From: a virus
Virus record (IMG/VR): IMGVR_UViG_3300025840_003418
Location: 1 to 64,000 of that record
Strand: one strand, 5' to 3'
DNA length: 64,000 nt
This document shows, in pieces, positions 9,163 to 18,992 of the stretch. Position numbers and translations under genes: made by a program. The notes beneath the pieces were generated by a model. The model did not search any database and was not told where the DNA came from. It worked only from the letters and a program-made list of their open reading frames with translations. Each line of letters opens with the position of its first letter. The first letter of the stretch is position 1.

Positions 9163-9584
9163 GAATTGGTTTCACCGCATCGACCTTCGATTTACTTCAC
9201 GCAGGACATGTTACTATGTTGCGTGAAGCAAAAGATCAATGCGACTATCTTATAGTAGGATTACAAACAGATCCTAGTATAGATAGGCCTGAAAAGAACG
9301 CTCCAGTTCAAACTGTTGTTGAGCGTTATACACAATTAAATGGAATAAAATATGTAGATGAAATAATTCCGTATAATAGTGAAAAAGATCTAGAAGATAT
9401 CTTGACAATGTACACAATTCATGTTAGAATACTAGGAGAAGAGTATAAAAATAAAACTTTCACAGGTAGATCTACTTGTGCAAAGAGAGGCATAGAACTA
9501 TATTTTAACAAACGTGATCATAGATTTAGCAGCAGTGATCTAAGAGAACGTGTAACGCAACGAGGAATAAATGCCCAACGATAA
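9159..9584 (+). CDS. Glycerol-3-phosphate cytidylyltransferase-like nucleotidyltransferase (TagD family)
   Basis: FTASTFDLLHAGH (HxGH), LIVGLQTDP, RDHRFSSS. Confidence 0.88.
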   Translation: MRIGFTASTFDLLHAGHVTMLREAKDQCDYLIVGLQTDPSIDRPEKNAPVQTVVERYTQLNGIKYVDEIIPYNSEKDLEDILTMYTIHVRILGEEYKNKTFTGRSTCAKRGIELYFNKRDHRFSSSDLRERVTQRGINAQR

Positions 9585-9708
9585 TGATGTAACACTTAGT
9601 GAACTAACACAAATTCTTGCTAACACTGGTTTAGATTTTTACGTAAAGAAACAAAAAGACAATATTGTAAAAGTACACTTTATGGTAAGAAATGAAGATG
9701 ACGATTAA
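9571..9708 (+). CDS. Small hypothetical protein (45 aa)
   Basis: GAGGA SD, MPNDNDVTLSELTQIL...; fills the gap and overlaps both neighbours. Confidence 0.45.
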   Translation: MPNDNDVTLSELTQILANTGLDFYVKKQKDNIVKVHFMVRNEDDD

Positions 9709-10393
9709 ATATATTTTTGATGTAGACGGTACCCTAACTCCTAGTCGTGGACTAATGGATCTAAACTTCAAAGCATGGTTTAACACATTCTGTCTAGTAA
9801 ATGATGTGTATCTAGTAACTGGCAGTGACAGAGATAAAACATTTGAGCAAATTGGACATACTATAGATCTTGCTAAAGTTGTATTCAATTGTTCAGGTAA
9901 TGATATTTGGAGTGCTGGTGTAAACGTTCGCAGAAGTGAATGGACGATGCCGGACACATTGCGTAGTATGCTCAATGGTTGGCTACAACAAAGTAGTTTT
10001 GTATTACGGACAGGTAATCATATAGAAGAACGACCAGGATGTGCAAACTTTTCAATTGTTGGCAGAAACGCTACGCTAGGTGAACGTAAACTTTATATCG
10101 AGCATGATGAGAGTATGCGTGAACGAGAAACGATTGCACACCAAATTAATTCACATTATGAAGATATAACTGCAACTATAGGCGGAGAAACAGGTATAGA
10201 CATTTACCCTACGGGCTGTGACAAAGGGCAAGTGTTTTATGAATTTAACGATCATGATACGCTATACTTTTTTGGTGATAAAGTTTTGCCCGGCGGCAAT
10301 GACTACCCACTTGCAAAACTACTAAAGCACCCAAGTAAAGTGTTTGCTGTTACTGACTGGCGAGACACATGGCAGATTTTAAAAGATCTATGA
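9692..10393 (+). CDS. HAD-family phosphomannomutase (PMM/Sec53-type)
   Basis: FDVDGTLT, LVTGSD, HIEER..NFSIVGR, GGETGIDI, FFGDK..GGND. Confidence 0.85.
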   Translation: MKMTIKYIFDVDGTLTPSRGLMDLNFKAWFNTFCLVNDVYLVTGSDRDKTFEQIGHTIDLAKVVFNCSGNDIWSAGVNVRRSEWTMPDTLRSMLNGWLQQSSFVLRTGNHIEERPGCANFSIVGRNATLGERKLYIEHDESMRERETIAHQINSHYEDITATIGGETGIDIYPTGCDKGQVFYEFNDHDTLYFFGDKVLPGGNDYPLAKLLKHPSKVFAVTDWRDTWQILKDL

Positions 10394-11154
10394 AAATAGC
10401 AGTTGCTGGATATGGTGTACTAGGAAAGGTACATGTTGAATTATTACAGCCTCACTTTGATATTATGATCTACGATCCTCCTTTGGGATATAAAACAAAA
10501 CTAAAACACTGTGACGGATTAATTATTTGTTTACCTACTCCTACTATTAACGGAGTATGCAATATTGATCAATTTATTCCGGTAATTAAAAAAGCACCTA
10601 ATGTTCCTATTTTAGTTAGAAGTACTATTAGTATAGAAAGCTGGCGAAAACTACAATACGAGTTTCCTAAGTATAGTTTTACATTTTCTCCAGAATTTTT
10701 ACGTGAGGCTACTGCTGATGAAGACTTTAAGAGTATTCAATACATGGTAATGGGAGGTGGCAGTACGCATTTCTGGTCAGACATATTCCATCAAGGATAT
10801 AACAAATCAATTAACATTGTACAACAAGAAGCCGAAGAACTTATTTTAACAAAATATCTAAGAAATAGTTTTTTGGCTACTAAGGTTGCATTTTTTAATC
10901 AAGCATACGAACTATGCGAATCCTTGGGTGTAGATTTTGAAAAAGTTGCACTCGGTGTAGGAAATGATAGCAGAATTGGCCATAGTCATATGTCAATTAC
11001 ACCCGAGCGTGGATATGGTGGTAAGTGCCTTCCTAAAGATGTAAAAGCAATAATAGGTACAGCAAAACAACAAAATGTTAAACTTAGTATCGTAGAAGAA
11101 ATAGATTCTTATAATGAGAGTATAAGAGATGAAAATTTTAATAACCGGTCATAA
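10390..11154 (+). CDS. UDP-glucose/GDP-mannose 6-dehydrogenase family
   Basis: IAVAGYGVLG Rossmann motif, ICLPTP, PEFLRE, GYGGKCLPKD. Confidence 0.88.
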   Translation: MKIAVAGYGVLGKVHVELLQPHFDIMIYDPPLGYKTKLKHCDGLIICLPTPTINGVCNIDQFIPVIKKAPNVPILVRSTISIESWRKLQYEFPKYSFTFSPEFLREATADEDFKSIQYMVMGGGSTHFWSDIFHQGYNKSINIVQQEAEELILTKYLRNSFLATKVAFFNQAYELCESLGVDFEKVALGVGNDSRIGHSHMSITPERGYGGKCLPKDVKAIIGTAKQQNVKLSIVEEIDSYNESIRDENFNNRS

Positions 11155-11860
11155 AGGATTTATAGGTTCACACTTATATAATTTAATATCCGGAGGTAAG
11201 CACGAGATAATCGGAATAGACTTGCAAGATGGAGACGACTTGCTAACTTGTGATCTTCCTGAAGTTGATATGATTATACACTTAGCTGGTAAAAGTGGTG
11301 TAAGAGAAAGCATGGGAGACCCAGCAGCATATTGGCGTAACAATGTGGAAGTATCTAAAAGAATATTTGATAGGTATCACGATAAACGAATAATATGGGC
11401 TAGTTCAAGTAGTGCATATGAACCTCATCTAAATCCTTATGCTGCGAGCAAATTTGTTATAGAAGAAGCAGCAGCTTGTAATATCAATATATTAGGAATG
11501 AGATTTCATACAGTATATTCTAGTACACCAAGAAAAGGAATGTTTTTACAAAAGTTAATAGATAACGAACTTGAATACGTTACAACACACTATAGAGATT
11601 TTGTACATATAGATGACCTATGTACAGGAATTGTACTTTGCTTATGGAGTAACATAACAGGTGAATTAGATATCGGATCAGGGATACCTGTTAAAGTCCG
11701 TGACTTAGCTCCTAATCTTCCTATCCGTCTAAATACCCCGAACGAAAGAGAGTACACCTGTGCTAACTTAGAAATAATTAATACCTTAGGCTACAAACCT
11801 AAATATAACATACAAAACTTCTTGACAAACAAGGACTTAGATAATATAATTTATATATGA
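11129..11860 (+). CDS. NAD-dependent nucleotide-sugar epimerase/dehydratase
   Basis: ILITGHKGFIG, HLAG, ASSS, YAASK, RDFVHIDD. Confidence 0.9.
   Translation: MKILITGHKGFIGSHLYNLISGGKHEIIGIDLQDGDDLLTCDLPEVDMIIHLAGKSGVRESMGDPAAYWRNNVEVSKRIFDRYHDKRIIWASSSSAYEPHLNPYAASKFVIEEAAACNINILGMRFHTVYSSTPRKGMFLQKLIDNELEYVTTHYRDFVHIDDLCTGIVLCLWSNITGELDIGSGIPVKVRDLAPNLPIRLNTPNEREYTCANLEIINTLGYKPKYNIQNFLTNKDLDNIIYI
11822..11850 (+). promoter_or_regulatory. sigma70-type promoter
   Basis: Perfect TTGACA-N17-TATAAT upstream of 11874. Confidence 0.8.
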
Positions 11861-11873
11861 TTGGAGAATATAT

Positions 11874-12617
11874 ATGAAAGACATTTTACAAGACATCGTT
11901 GCACACACACATTCACTAGGATTTTTAAGTCTTGTGAAGGTTACTAACGAAGATAACGAAACTACTATGAATAGTATGGCTGAAAATAGAGCCGTTGTTA
12001 TGAGTGCAGCAACGCATAATAAAGTTACAGAATTTACTGGTACATTTGGTATGACTAATTTAGACAAACTAAATTTGCATTTGAAGAATCCAGAGTATCA
12101 AAAAGATGCAAAAATTGAAGTTGTAAAGGCTGAACGTAACGGAGAAGTAGTTCCAACACATATTCACTTTGAAAACTCAATAGGCGACTTTGAAAACAAT
12201 TATCGCTTTATGGCAAAAGCAATTATTGAAGAGCAATTAAAAACTGTAAAGTTTAAAGGTGCTCAATGGAATGTAGAATTTACACCAAGTGTAGCCAGTA
12301 TTGCTAGATTAAAATTACAAAGTGATGCGCATAGCGATATGGAGAACTTTAATGTGTACACAAAAGACACAGGTGATGTAACCGATTTGTATTTTAGTTT
12401 TGGTGACGAAAGTACACACAGTGGCGAGTTTGTGTTTCAAAATAACGTAAACGGATCGTTACAAGGTAAATTTACTTGGCCAGTATCTGAAGTAAAATCT
12501 ATTTTAAACTTATCAGGCGACACAACTATGTCTATTTCAAATCAAGGTGCTATGCAAATTAGTGTTAATAGCGGAATGGCAACCTATGATTATATACTAC
12601 CTGCGAAAACAAAATAA
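11874..12617 (+). CDS. Probable DNA polymerase sliding clamp (gp45/PCNA-like)
   Basis: 247 aa with a two-domain alpha/beta pattern ending YDYILPA, like PCNA/gp45 C-termini. Replication context. Confidence 0.6.
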   Translation: MKDILQDIVAHTHSLGFLSLVKVTNEDNETTMNSMAENRAVVMSAATHNKVTEFTGTFGMTNLDKLNLHLKNPEYQKDAKIEVVKAERNGEVVPTHIHFENSIGDFENNYRFMAKAIIEEQLKTVKFKGAQWNVEFTPSVASIARLKLQSDAHSDMENFNVYTKDTGDVTDLYFSFGDESTHSGEFVFQNNVNGSLQGKFTWPVSEVKSILNLSGDTTMSISNQGAMQISVNSGMATYDYILPAKTK

Positions 12618-14155
12618 TGAGAACAGATCTTACTGAAGCACAAGAAGATTATGCACACTTTCTTCCTGCACTAAGTGGTTTCTATGCTACTTATGTAGGT
12701 AAACAACGTTTTGAAGAATACGTTCCTAAAGATCGTATCCCTTCTTTTTGGAATAGCGGTATAGAAAGTTTAAATTATCTTAATGCTAAAGAAGGTCAAT
12801 TCCAATATAAATGGAGCTTATATTCAGCAGGACATGCTGACTTGGATACAACTAAAGTTGTTCCTAAAGAAGACATGGTACGTAATAGAGATAGAGAAAA
12901 CACTTGGTTACTAGGTGACTCAGGTGGCTTCCAGATTGGTAAAGGTGTTTGGGAAGGCGACTGGAAAGATCCCAACTGTCCTAAAGCACAAGCAAAACGT
13001 GATGGCGTTCTTCGTTGGATGGATGCTTACATGGACTATGGAATGATACTTGATATTCCAGCCTGGGTTGCACGTTCTCCTAAAGGAGCAAAAGCAACAG
13101 GTATTAGTACATATCAAGATGCTGTGAACGCTACACGTATCAACAACGACTACTGGATGAAACATAGAACCGGATCTTGTAAATTCTTAAATGTATTACA
13201 AGGTGAAACACATAAAGATGCCAACGACTGGTATGAACAGATGAAAGATTACTGCGATCCAATCAAATACCCAGACAATCATTTTAATGGCTGGTCAATG
13301 GGTGGTCAGAACATGTGCGATGTTGATCTTGTTTTAAAACGTTTAGTTACACTTCATTTTGATAATTTGCTACAAGAAGGTTATCATGATGTTATGCACT
13401 TCCTTGGTACTAGTAAATTAGAATGGGCTTGTTTACTAACTGACATACAAAGAGCAGTTCGTAAGTATTATAATCCTAGTTTTATGATTACATTTGATTG
13501 TGCTTCTCCTTTCTTAGCAACTGCTAACGGACAAGTATATACATCAAACGAAACACCTGATAGAGGCAAATGGACGTATCGAATGTTGCCGAGTGTAGAC
13601 GAACTTAAATATGCAACTGATACTAGAACATTTCAAAATGCTACAGTACAAGATGGAATATTTCCTAAGTTCGAAAATAGCCCGTTAACTGATGGTTTAC
13701 TGGTTAATGAAGTATGTATATACAACAAAGGCGATAGAAATAAGATAGGTACACCTAAGGTACTAGCAGGCGAAGTTGAACTGGATAAGAATGATCAACC
13801 GGTGCTTGACGAAAATGGATCACCAATTGTTAGGAAAAAAGACAGCACTAGTTGGGATAGTTTTAGTTACGCTATACAAATGGGTCATAATGTATGGAGT
13901 CATATTAATGCAGTACAAGAAGCAAATAGACAATACGATAATGGTGTTGTGCCTAACATGCTTGTGCAAGAAAAACATGATAGAATCTTTTTTAGAGATG
14001 TAGTAGATAGAATTTTCTCTTGTACAAATAAAGAAGAATCTATTAAACTTATAGACGAACATTCTATGTTTTGGACAGAAATTCCCGGAACTAGAGGTGC
14101 AATTGGTAAAAAGACTGTAAATAACCAAACGTACTTCGGAGAGTTATTTGAGTGA
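12617..14155 (+). CDS. dpdA: DpdA/TGT-family 7-deazaguanine transglycosylase
   Basis: LGDSGGFQIG, ILDIP, NVLQG, MHFLG, TFDCASP. Clustered with folE and queE. Confidence 0.8.
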   Translation: MRTDLTEAQEDYAHFLPALSGFYATYVGKQRFEEYVPKDRIPSFWNSGIESLNYLNAKEGQFQYKWSLYSAGHADLDTTKVVPKEDMVRNRDRENTWLLGDSGGFQIGKGVWEGDWKDPNCPKAQAKRDGVLRWMDAYMDYGMILDIPAWVARSPKGAKATGISTYQDAVNATRINNDYWMKHRTGSCKFLNVLQGETHKDANDWYEQMKDYCDPIKYPDNHFNGWSMGGQNMCDVDLVLKRLVTLHFDNLLQEGYHDVMHFLGTSKLEWACLLTDIQRAVRKYYNPSFMITFDCASPFLATANGQVYTSNETPDRGKWTYRMLPSVDELKYATDTRTFQNATVQDGIFPKFENSPLTDGLLVNEVCIYNKGDRNKIGTPKVLAGEVELDKNDQPVLDENGSPIVRKKDSTSWDSFSYAIQMGHNVWSHINAVQEANRQYDNGVVPNMLVQEKHDRIFFRDVVDRIFSCTNKEESIKLIDEHSMFWTEIPGTRGAIGKKTVNNQTYFGELFE

Positions 14156-14342
14156 AAAGCCATTTAATAAAGTTATGAAGATGCAATTAGATAAATTATA
14201 TAAAGAGCATAAAGAACTTGACAATAAAATAAAAATACTATATAATAATTATACAAGCGGAGACGAGCTATACCGCCTAAAAACTAAAAAATTGTGGCTC
14301 AAGGATGAAATATACAGAATCGAACGACGGTTGAAGGACTAA
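14148..14342 (+). CDS. Small coiled-coil protein (DUF465/YdcH-like)
   Basis: EHKELDNKI...LKTKKLWLKDEI. Confidence 0.6.
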   Translation: MSEKPFNKVMKMQLDKLYKEHKELDNKIKILYNNYTSGDELYRLKTKKLWLKDEIYRIERRLKD

Positions 14343-14345
14343 AAA

Positions 14346-14870
14346 GTGAGAAGAGAATACCAAGATGGTGAAGCAGACGATGCGTCCTTCTTTATAGGGA
14401 TAGAAGTTGAGCAAACACCGGCATTTGGTTTACGAACCTTATTTGTCGATGGCGTGCAACGTGAAGATAAAATAAAACAGTTATACGAAAACAATAACTG
14501 TAAACACATATTTTTTGGTGCTAATCATAGTTTTAGCCCTGCCGCTGGTGTATCTGAAGAATGGGCTCCTTGGGAAAATTTAATCTTAAGTTTCCTAAAA
14601 CAAGATTATCTTTGCACACTAGATATTCCTATGCAATGTGTAGAAAACTTTCACGAAGGCGGATTATGTGAATTTGATAACTTTATTCCGCAAATAAGAG
14701 TCCCGATACCATATGTTAAATTATGGAACTATAATACAATGGTTAAGATAGATGACAAATCTTACAGAGCAACTAATCCAGGTGTCTGGTGTCACAGTCT
14801 ACATGACTTAATGGCACATGACAAATTTACTGATTGGTTAAAATATCGTAACGATGTTATCTTAAAATGA
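14346..14870 (+). CDS. Hypothetical protein in the deazaguanine locus
   Basis: 174 aa with a GTG start and AAGGA SD. Motifs FFIGIEVEQTP, HIFFGANHSF, NPGVWCH. Confidence 0.7.
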   Translation: MRREYQDGEADDASFFIGIEVEQTPAFGLRTLFVDGVQREDKIKQLYENNNCKHIFFGANHSFSPAAGVSEEWAPWENLILSFLKQDYLCTLDIPMQCVENFHEGGLCEFDNFIPQIRVPIPYVKLWNYNTMVKIDDKSYRATNPGVWCHSLHDLMAHDKFTDWLKYRNDVILK

Positions 14871-15325
14871 CCGAAGAAGCACAGCAAGAATCATATTACA
14901 ATTACATGAAACGGCGTAACAAAGAAGAGGACGCTAAGATGTCTAAACTAGAAAATGCAAAACGCAGCATCTGGGTAACGTTTACCAAAGAAGGTATTCA
15001 TAAGTATCCAGCAGCGTTAGAAGATCCAGCACTAGCAACAGGGGATGAATATGATGTAAGCTTCTTAGGCTATCCACATCGTCATACGTTTCATTTTAAA
15101 GTGCAGATACAAGTAACACACAATGACAGAGATATTGAGTTTATCCAATTCAAACGTTGGTTGGAAAACTTATATAAAGAAGATCTACTTCAGTTAGACT
15201 ATAAGTCATGCGAGATGATCGCAGACGATTTGTACTTACAGATTAACGAAAAGTATCCAGGCCGTTTTGTAGTCATCGATGTAGCCGAAGATGGCGAAAA
15301 CGGCTGCCAAATAGTATATCCATAA
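14867..15325 (+). CDS. QueD-like T-fold enzyme, probably a DpdL-type CDG decarboxylase
   Basis: LGYPHRHTF (LxxxHRHxF), HNDRDIEF, SCEMIA and EDGENG. It lacks the QueD Cx3HGH motif. Confidence 0.7.
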   Translation: MTEEAQQESYYNYMKRRNKEEDAKMSKLENAKRSIWVTFTKEGIHKYPAALEDPALATGDEYDVSFLGYPHRHTFHFKVQIQVTHNDRDIEFIQFKRWLENLYKEDLLQLDYKSCEMIADDLYLQINEKYPGRFVVIDVAEDGENGCQIVYP

Positions 15326-15346
15326 GACATAATAAAGGGAACCATA

Positions 15347-15535
15347 ATGTCGATCAATAACCCAGTTGTTAATAAAATTTTTAGTGACTTAGACGAATAC
15401 CGCGACTATTGCCGTTTTGAAGGCAAGGTCTTTGATGAAAAAGCTCTTTATAAGAGAGACGACCGTAATTGGCAAGCGTACGAAAAGTACAAGAACTGGT
15501 TACGTGCAAAGGCAAGAAACGCAAATAGGCGTTAG
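15347..15535 (+). CDS. Hypothetical protein
   Basis: 62 aa with an AAGGGA SD. Confidence 0.65.
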   Translation: MSINNPVVNKIFSDLDEYRDYCRFEGKVFDEKALYKRDDRNWQAYEKYKNWLRAKARNANRR

Positions 15536-15537
15536 TT

Positions 15538-16602
15538 ATGACAATCTATATTGTAGATATAGAAGCCGTCGACACTCGATATACTAAGCAGTGGAAGACA
15601 CATTTACCAGAACAGATACGGCTTGCAACTAATCAAACAGTTGAAGTCGTATCTGGGGGAGAGACGCCTCAGGCTACTACGCCTGGGGCTTTTCTTAACT
15701 TCGGAGGCACTAATGTATACAAGTCTAAGCAACTTGAACTAATTGGTGAAATGTTTTGTGATGGGATAATTAAAGACAATGATTACTTTTTATACACAGA
15801 TGCTTGGAACCCAACTGTTATTCAGTTACGGTATATGGCAGAGTTATTGGGAGTACGTATTAGAGTCGGAGGGCTTTGGCACGCCGGCTCCTACGACCCT
15901 GCAGATTTCCTTGGACGACTAATAGGCGATAAGCCTTGGGTCAGACATGCTGAAATGTCAATGTTTGAATGCTATGATCATAACTTCTTTGCAACTGACT
16001 TCCATATTGATATGTTTACAGATGTAATGATGGAAGACTATAATATTGATTATGATAAAATACATCGTGTAGGCTGGCCTATGGAATATTTGTCAGATGA
16101 ACTATGTATTTCAGAATACGACGAACAAGAAAAACGTAACTTAATACTCTTTCCGCATCGAGTAGCGCCTGAGAAGCAAGTTGAAATATTTAGAGACTTA
16201 GCAGAGTCTATGCCTGAATATGAATTTGTTATATGTCAAGAGCAGGAACTATCCAAGCACGAATATCACAAACTATTAGGTCAAGCAAAGGTTGTGTTTA
16301 GTGCGAACTTGCAAGAGACATTAGGTATTAGTTGGTATGAAGGTGCGTTGTTAGATGCTATTCCAATGGTGCCTGATAGATTAAGTTACAGTGAAATGGC
16401 TAGAGATAAATTTAAATATCCTAGCGAATGGACAGAGAACTTTGATGCATATATTGCAAACAAAGATAAAGTAATCGCAAAATTAAGAGACTACATTGAA
16501 AATTACGACACTTATGAATTTGATATCTACGAACAAGCTGCGACACTTTCACATAACTATTTCTCTGGTAAAGCATTATATGGAGCAATTGCTAATGAGT
16601 GA
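15538..16602 (+). CDS. GT-B (GT4-like) glycosyltransferase
   Basis: ILFPHRVAPEKQ, QETLGISWYEG (E-x7-E), PDRLSYSEM. Confidence 0.8.
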   Translation: MTIYIVDIEAVDTRYTKQWKTHLPEQIRLATNQTVEVVSGGETPQATTPGAFLNFGGTNVYKSKQLELIGEMFCDGIIKDNDYFLYTDAWNPTVIQLRYMAELLGVRIRVGGLWHAGSYDPADFLGRLIGDKPWVRHAEMSMFECYDHNFFATDFHIDMFTDVMMEDYNIDYDKIHRVGWPMEYLSDELCISEYDEQEKRNLILFPHRVAPEKQVEIFRDLAESMPEYEFVICQEQELSKHEYHKLLGQAKVVFSANLQETLGISWYEGALLDAIPMVPDRLSYSEMARDKFKYPSEWTENFDAYIANKDKVIAKLRDYIENYDTYEFDIYEQAATLSHNYFSGKALYGAIANE

Positions 16603-16960
16603 TAAAGATAATGATTATGTTTTTGATATTACAAGTGAGTGGATAACAAAAGATATGGATACCAATGTTACTATAGACACATCTATAAACGAAGATCTAT
16701 ATACTGTGGATGGTATTAGTGTTAGTACTATTACTCTAGGTCCAGATACTATTACACTTGAAGATTCAACTCGTTGGGATGGTATTACTTGGGAACAAAC
16801 TGAGTTTGTAGATATAATGCCTAGTTTAGACAAAATCAATAATATGTGCGAACACTATCCTGCACTTGAAAAAGCATTTGAAAATCTTAAATCTATCTAC
16901 AAAATGGTACATCAAGACTATGTAGGTAACCATGAAAAAGATGACGAGGTGCCGTTTTAA
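16595..16960 (+). CDS. Acidic hypothetical protein
   Basis: In-frame ATG at 16595 after GGAG. C-terminus HYPALEKAFENLKSIYKMV...DEVPF. Confidence 0.6.
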   Translation: MSDKDNDYVFDITSEWITKDMDTNVTIDTSINEDLYTVDGISVSTITLGPDTITLEDSTRWDGITWEQTEFVDIMPSLDKINNMCEHYPALEKAFENLKSIYKMVHQDYVGNHEKDDEVPF

Positions 16961-17184
16961 TGCAACATACAATTGAAGATCTAATTAAACGTATAAATGT
17001 TATGCACGACTTGGCGATTCAAGTGCATCGTTTACGCAACGAGTTTTCTGAACAGGCAGAAAAAGATTACGACCATGACACTTGCAATCATTTAATAGAG
17101 CAGATACAATCTATGGCATTAGGAATTGCAAACGACAAACAAGGCACCGAAATTAAAACTGAAATGGAGTACAAAAGTGAATAA
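16960..17184 (+). CDS. Hypothetical protein
   Basis: 74 aa, coupled to the upstream stop by TAATG. Confidence 0.6.
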   Translation: MQHTIEDLIKRINVMHDLAIQVHRLRNEFSEQAEKDYDHDTCNHLIEQIQSMALGIANDKQGTEIKTEMEYKSE

Positions 17185-17725
17185 AAAACACTATAATTGG
17201 GAAGATGTACATAAAACAGCAGCACATATTGCATTACAAATGTACAAAGACAACTGGCGGCCTGACTATATTGTAGGTATTACCAGAGGCGGAATGCCTT
17301 TAGCAGTTATACTAAGTCACATGTTAGACATACCATGTAATGCACTCAAAGTTAGTTTACGAGATGACGACAGAGAAAGTGAAAGTAACTGCTGGATGGC
17401 AGAAGATGCTTTTGGTTACTTGCAAGCATATGACAGAGATGGCATTTTTGAAAAGTCGACTAATCATCCGGATAAAAAGAAAAACATACTTATCGTAGAT
17501 GATATCAACGACACTGGTGCTACGTTTAACTGGATTAAACAAGATTGGCAAAGTGGATGTTTGCCTGATCATCCTAATTGGGATACTGTATGGGGCCAGA
17601 ATGTAAGATTTGCTGTAATGACAGAAAATCTAAGCAGCGATTTCGGTGAAGTAAGATACTATTGGGACGAAGTAAATAAAGCAGAAGAAGATATTTGGTT
17701 AGTATACCCATATGAGTACGATTAG
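17177..17725 (+). CDS. Type I purine phosphoribosyltransferase (Gpt/Hpt-like)
   Basis: IVGITRGG, PRPP loop ILIVDDINDTGAT, C-terminal WLVYPYE. GTG start after GGAG. Confidence 0.85.
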   Translation: MNKKHYNWEDVHKTAAHIALQMYKDNWRPDYIVGITRGGMPLAVILSHMLDIPCNALKVSLRDDDRESESNCWMAEDAFGYLQAYDRDGIFEKSTNHPDKKKNILIVDDINDTGATFNWIKQDWQSGCLPDHPNWDTVWGQNVRFAVMTENLSSDFGEVRYYWDEVNKAEEDIWLVYPYEYD

Positions 17726-17769
17726 TTAAACTAGCATTTAATGATAAATAACTATGATGGAGAATTAAT

Positions 17770-18072
17770 ATGATTGCTTTTATTATAGGTTATTTAATAA
17801 TGGTAGTAAACGAAGGTTTTGTGATATTACGTCACGTGTGTCCTTGGTTTGCTAAACTACGCAGCGAATTACACGAAAAATTTGGCGCTCAAAAGGTTAA
17901 AAGAATACACGGCTATACTGACTGGTCGTGGATTATACTAATCAGCTTAGGTTTGTATTTAGATTTTGAAAGATGGCCCGAGTATGCTATACTAATGGCA
18001 GGCTTTTGGGGTTTAGTATTTTTTGGGGTATATGTTCCTAAGATTTACAGAGCACTAAGGACCTTACTATGA
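17770..18072 (+). CDS. Membrane protein
   Basis: Three hydrophobic segments. TAAATA (17745-17750) and GGAG lie upstream. Confidence 0.65.
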   Translation: MIAFIIGYLIMVVNEGFVILRHVCPWFAKLRSELHEKFGAQKVKRIHGYTDWSWIILISLGLYLDFERWPEYAILMAGFWGLVFFGVYVPKIYRALRTLL

Positions 18073-18605
18073 GTGCAAAACTAAAAGAACTCACTTGGGA
18101 GAATCACCAAAACGCAGAACGTATGGTTGTTGCACGTAAACTACTTAAAGGTATGCCTGCACCCGAATATCATAGATTTATTTACAATCAATATGTACAG
18201 TACGAAGCACTAGAGGTAGCAGCAAGAGATGCTGGTATGCTAGAAGGCATTGAAGGAATTTGCAGAGCACCTGGTATGCTCGCAGATATGGAAGAACTGG
18301 AAGAAGAGTTCGGCATCGAAAGAGACGAATCTGTATTGTGTCCAGTTGTTCAAGAGTATGTCGACTATGTTAACAACTTAGAAGGCGAAGGACTAATTGC
18401 ACACATTTATGTAAGACACTTTGGTGAATTGCACGGTGGGCAAATGATTAAGAAACGTGCTCCTGGATCAGGTAAAATGTACGATTTTGAAGATTCGTAT
18501 AAACTAATACAAGATACTAGAGCTAAATTACATGACGATATGGCAGACGAAGCAAATAGAGCATTTGAGTTTGCAATGCAACTTTTTAAAGAACTGGAAG
18601 AATAA
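18069..18605 (+). CDS. Heme oxygenase
   Basis: LKELTWENHQNAE (proximal His), YEALE, AHIYVRHFGELHGGQMI, EANRAF. Confidence 0.9.
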   Translation: MSAKLKELTWENHQNAERMVVARKLLKGMPAPEYHRFIYNQYVQYEALEVAARDAGMLEGIEGICRAPGMLADMEELEEEFGIERDESVLCPVVQEYVDYVNNLEGEGLIAHIYVRHFGELHGGQMIKKRAPGSGKMYDFEDSYKLIQDTRAKLHDDMADEANRAFEFAMQLFKELEE

Positions 18606-18716
18606 ATGTGCGGATGTGGAAGATCACCAACAGGTAAATGTATTGGCTGGCACAGGCTAAGCGAATCAGAGTACCAAAAGAAAAAAGCAGAATGGGAAGC
18701 AAAGAAAAAAGGTTGA
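18606..18716 (+). CDS. CDGSH-like Fe-S miniprotein (36 aa), absent from the ORF track
   Basis: MCGCGRSPTGKCIGWH gives C-x-C-x2-S-x4-C-x-G-x-H. The ATG directly follows the heme oxygenase stop. Confidence 0.6.
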   Translation: MCGCGRSPTGKCIGWHRLSESEYQKKKAEWEAKKKG

Positions 18717-18741
18717 CTTTAGTTTAAATTTATGTTATTAT
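18713..18741 (+). promoter_or_regulatory. sigma70-type promoter
   Basis: TTGACT-N17-TATTAT with an extended TG. Confidence 0.65.
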
Positions 18742-18769
18742 ATTGTTATCAATAAACACAAAAGGATTT

Positions 18770-18991
18770 ATGATGGCAAGCGTAGGACAGTACACTAGAG
18801 AGAATATGATCCAAGCAATCAAGGATCATGCTAAAGGCCATATTGCTAAACATGCAATGAACGTAGAAGTTTATCTACGAAGTTCAGCAGGTGTCGGAGA
18901 ACACCCTGATGTACTCGAAGCAATTGAACAAGAACTTAAAATTGTAGCAGAGTATAATGATCAACTAGAAATGTTAGAAAAATATTTTTAA
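18770..18991 (+). CDS. Small hypothetical protein
   Basis: HAMNVEVYL..SAGVGEHPDV motif and an AAGGA SD. Confidence 0.7.
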   Translation: MMASVGQYTRENMIQAIKDHAKGHIAKHAMNVEVYLRSSAGVGEHPDVLEAIEQELKIVAEYNDQLEMLEKYF

Positions 18992-18992
18992 C

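Noticed and set aside
9402-9430. TTGACA-N17-TAGAAT inside the cytidylyltransferase gene (similar intragenic matches near 21854 and 40669)
   Set aside because: These could be real internal promoters, but intragenic matches in AT-rich DNA are not supportable without TSS data.
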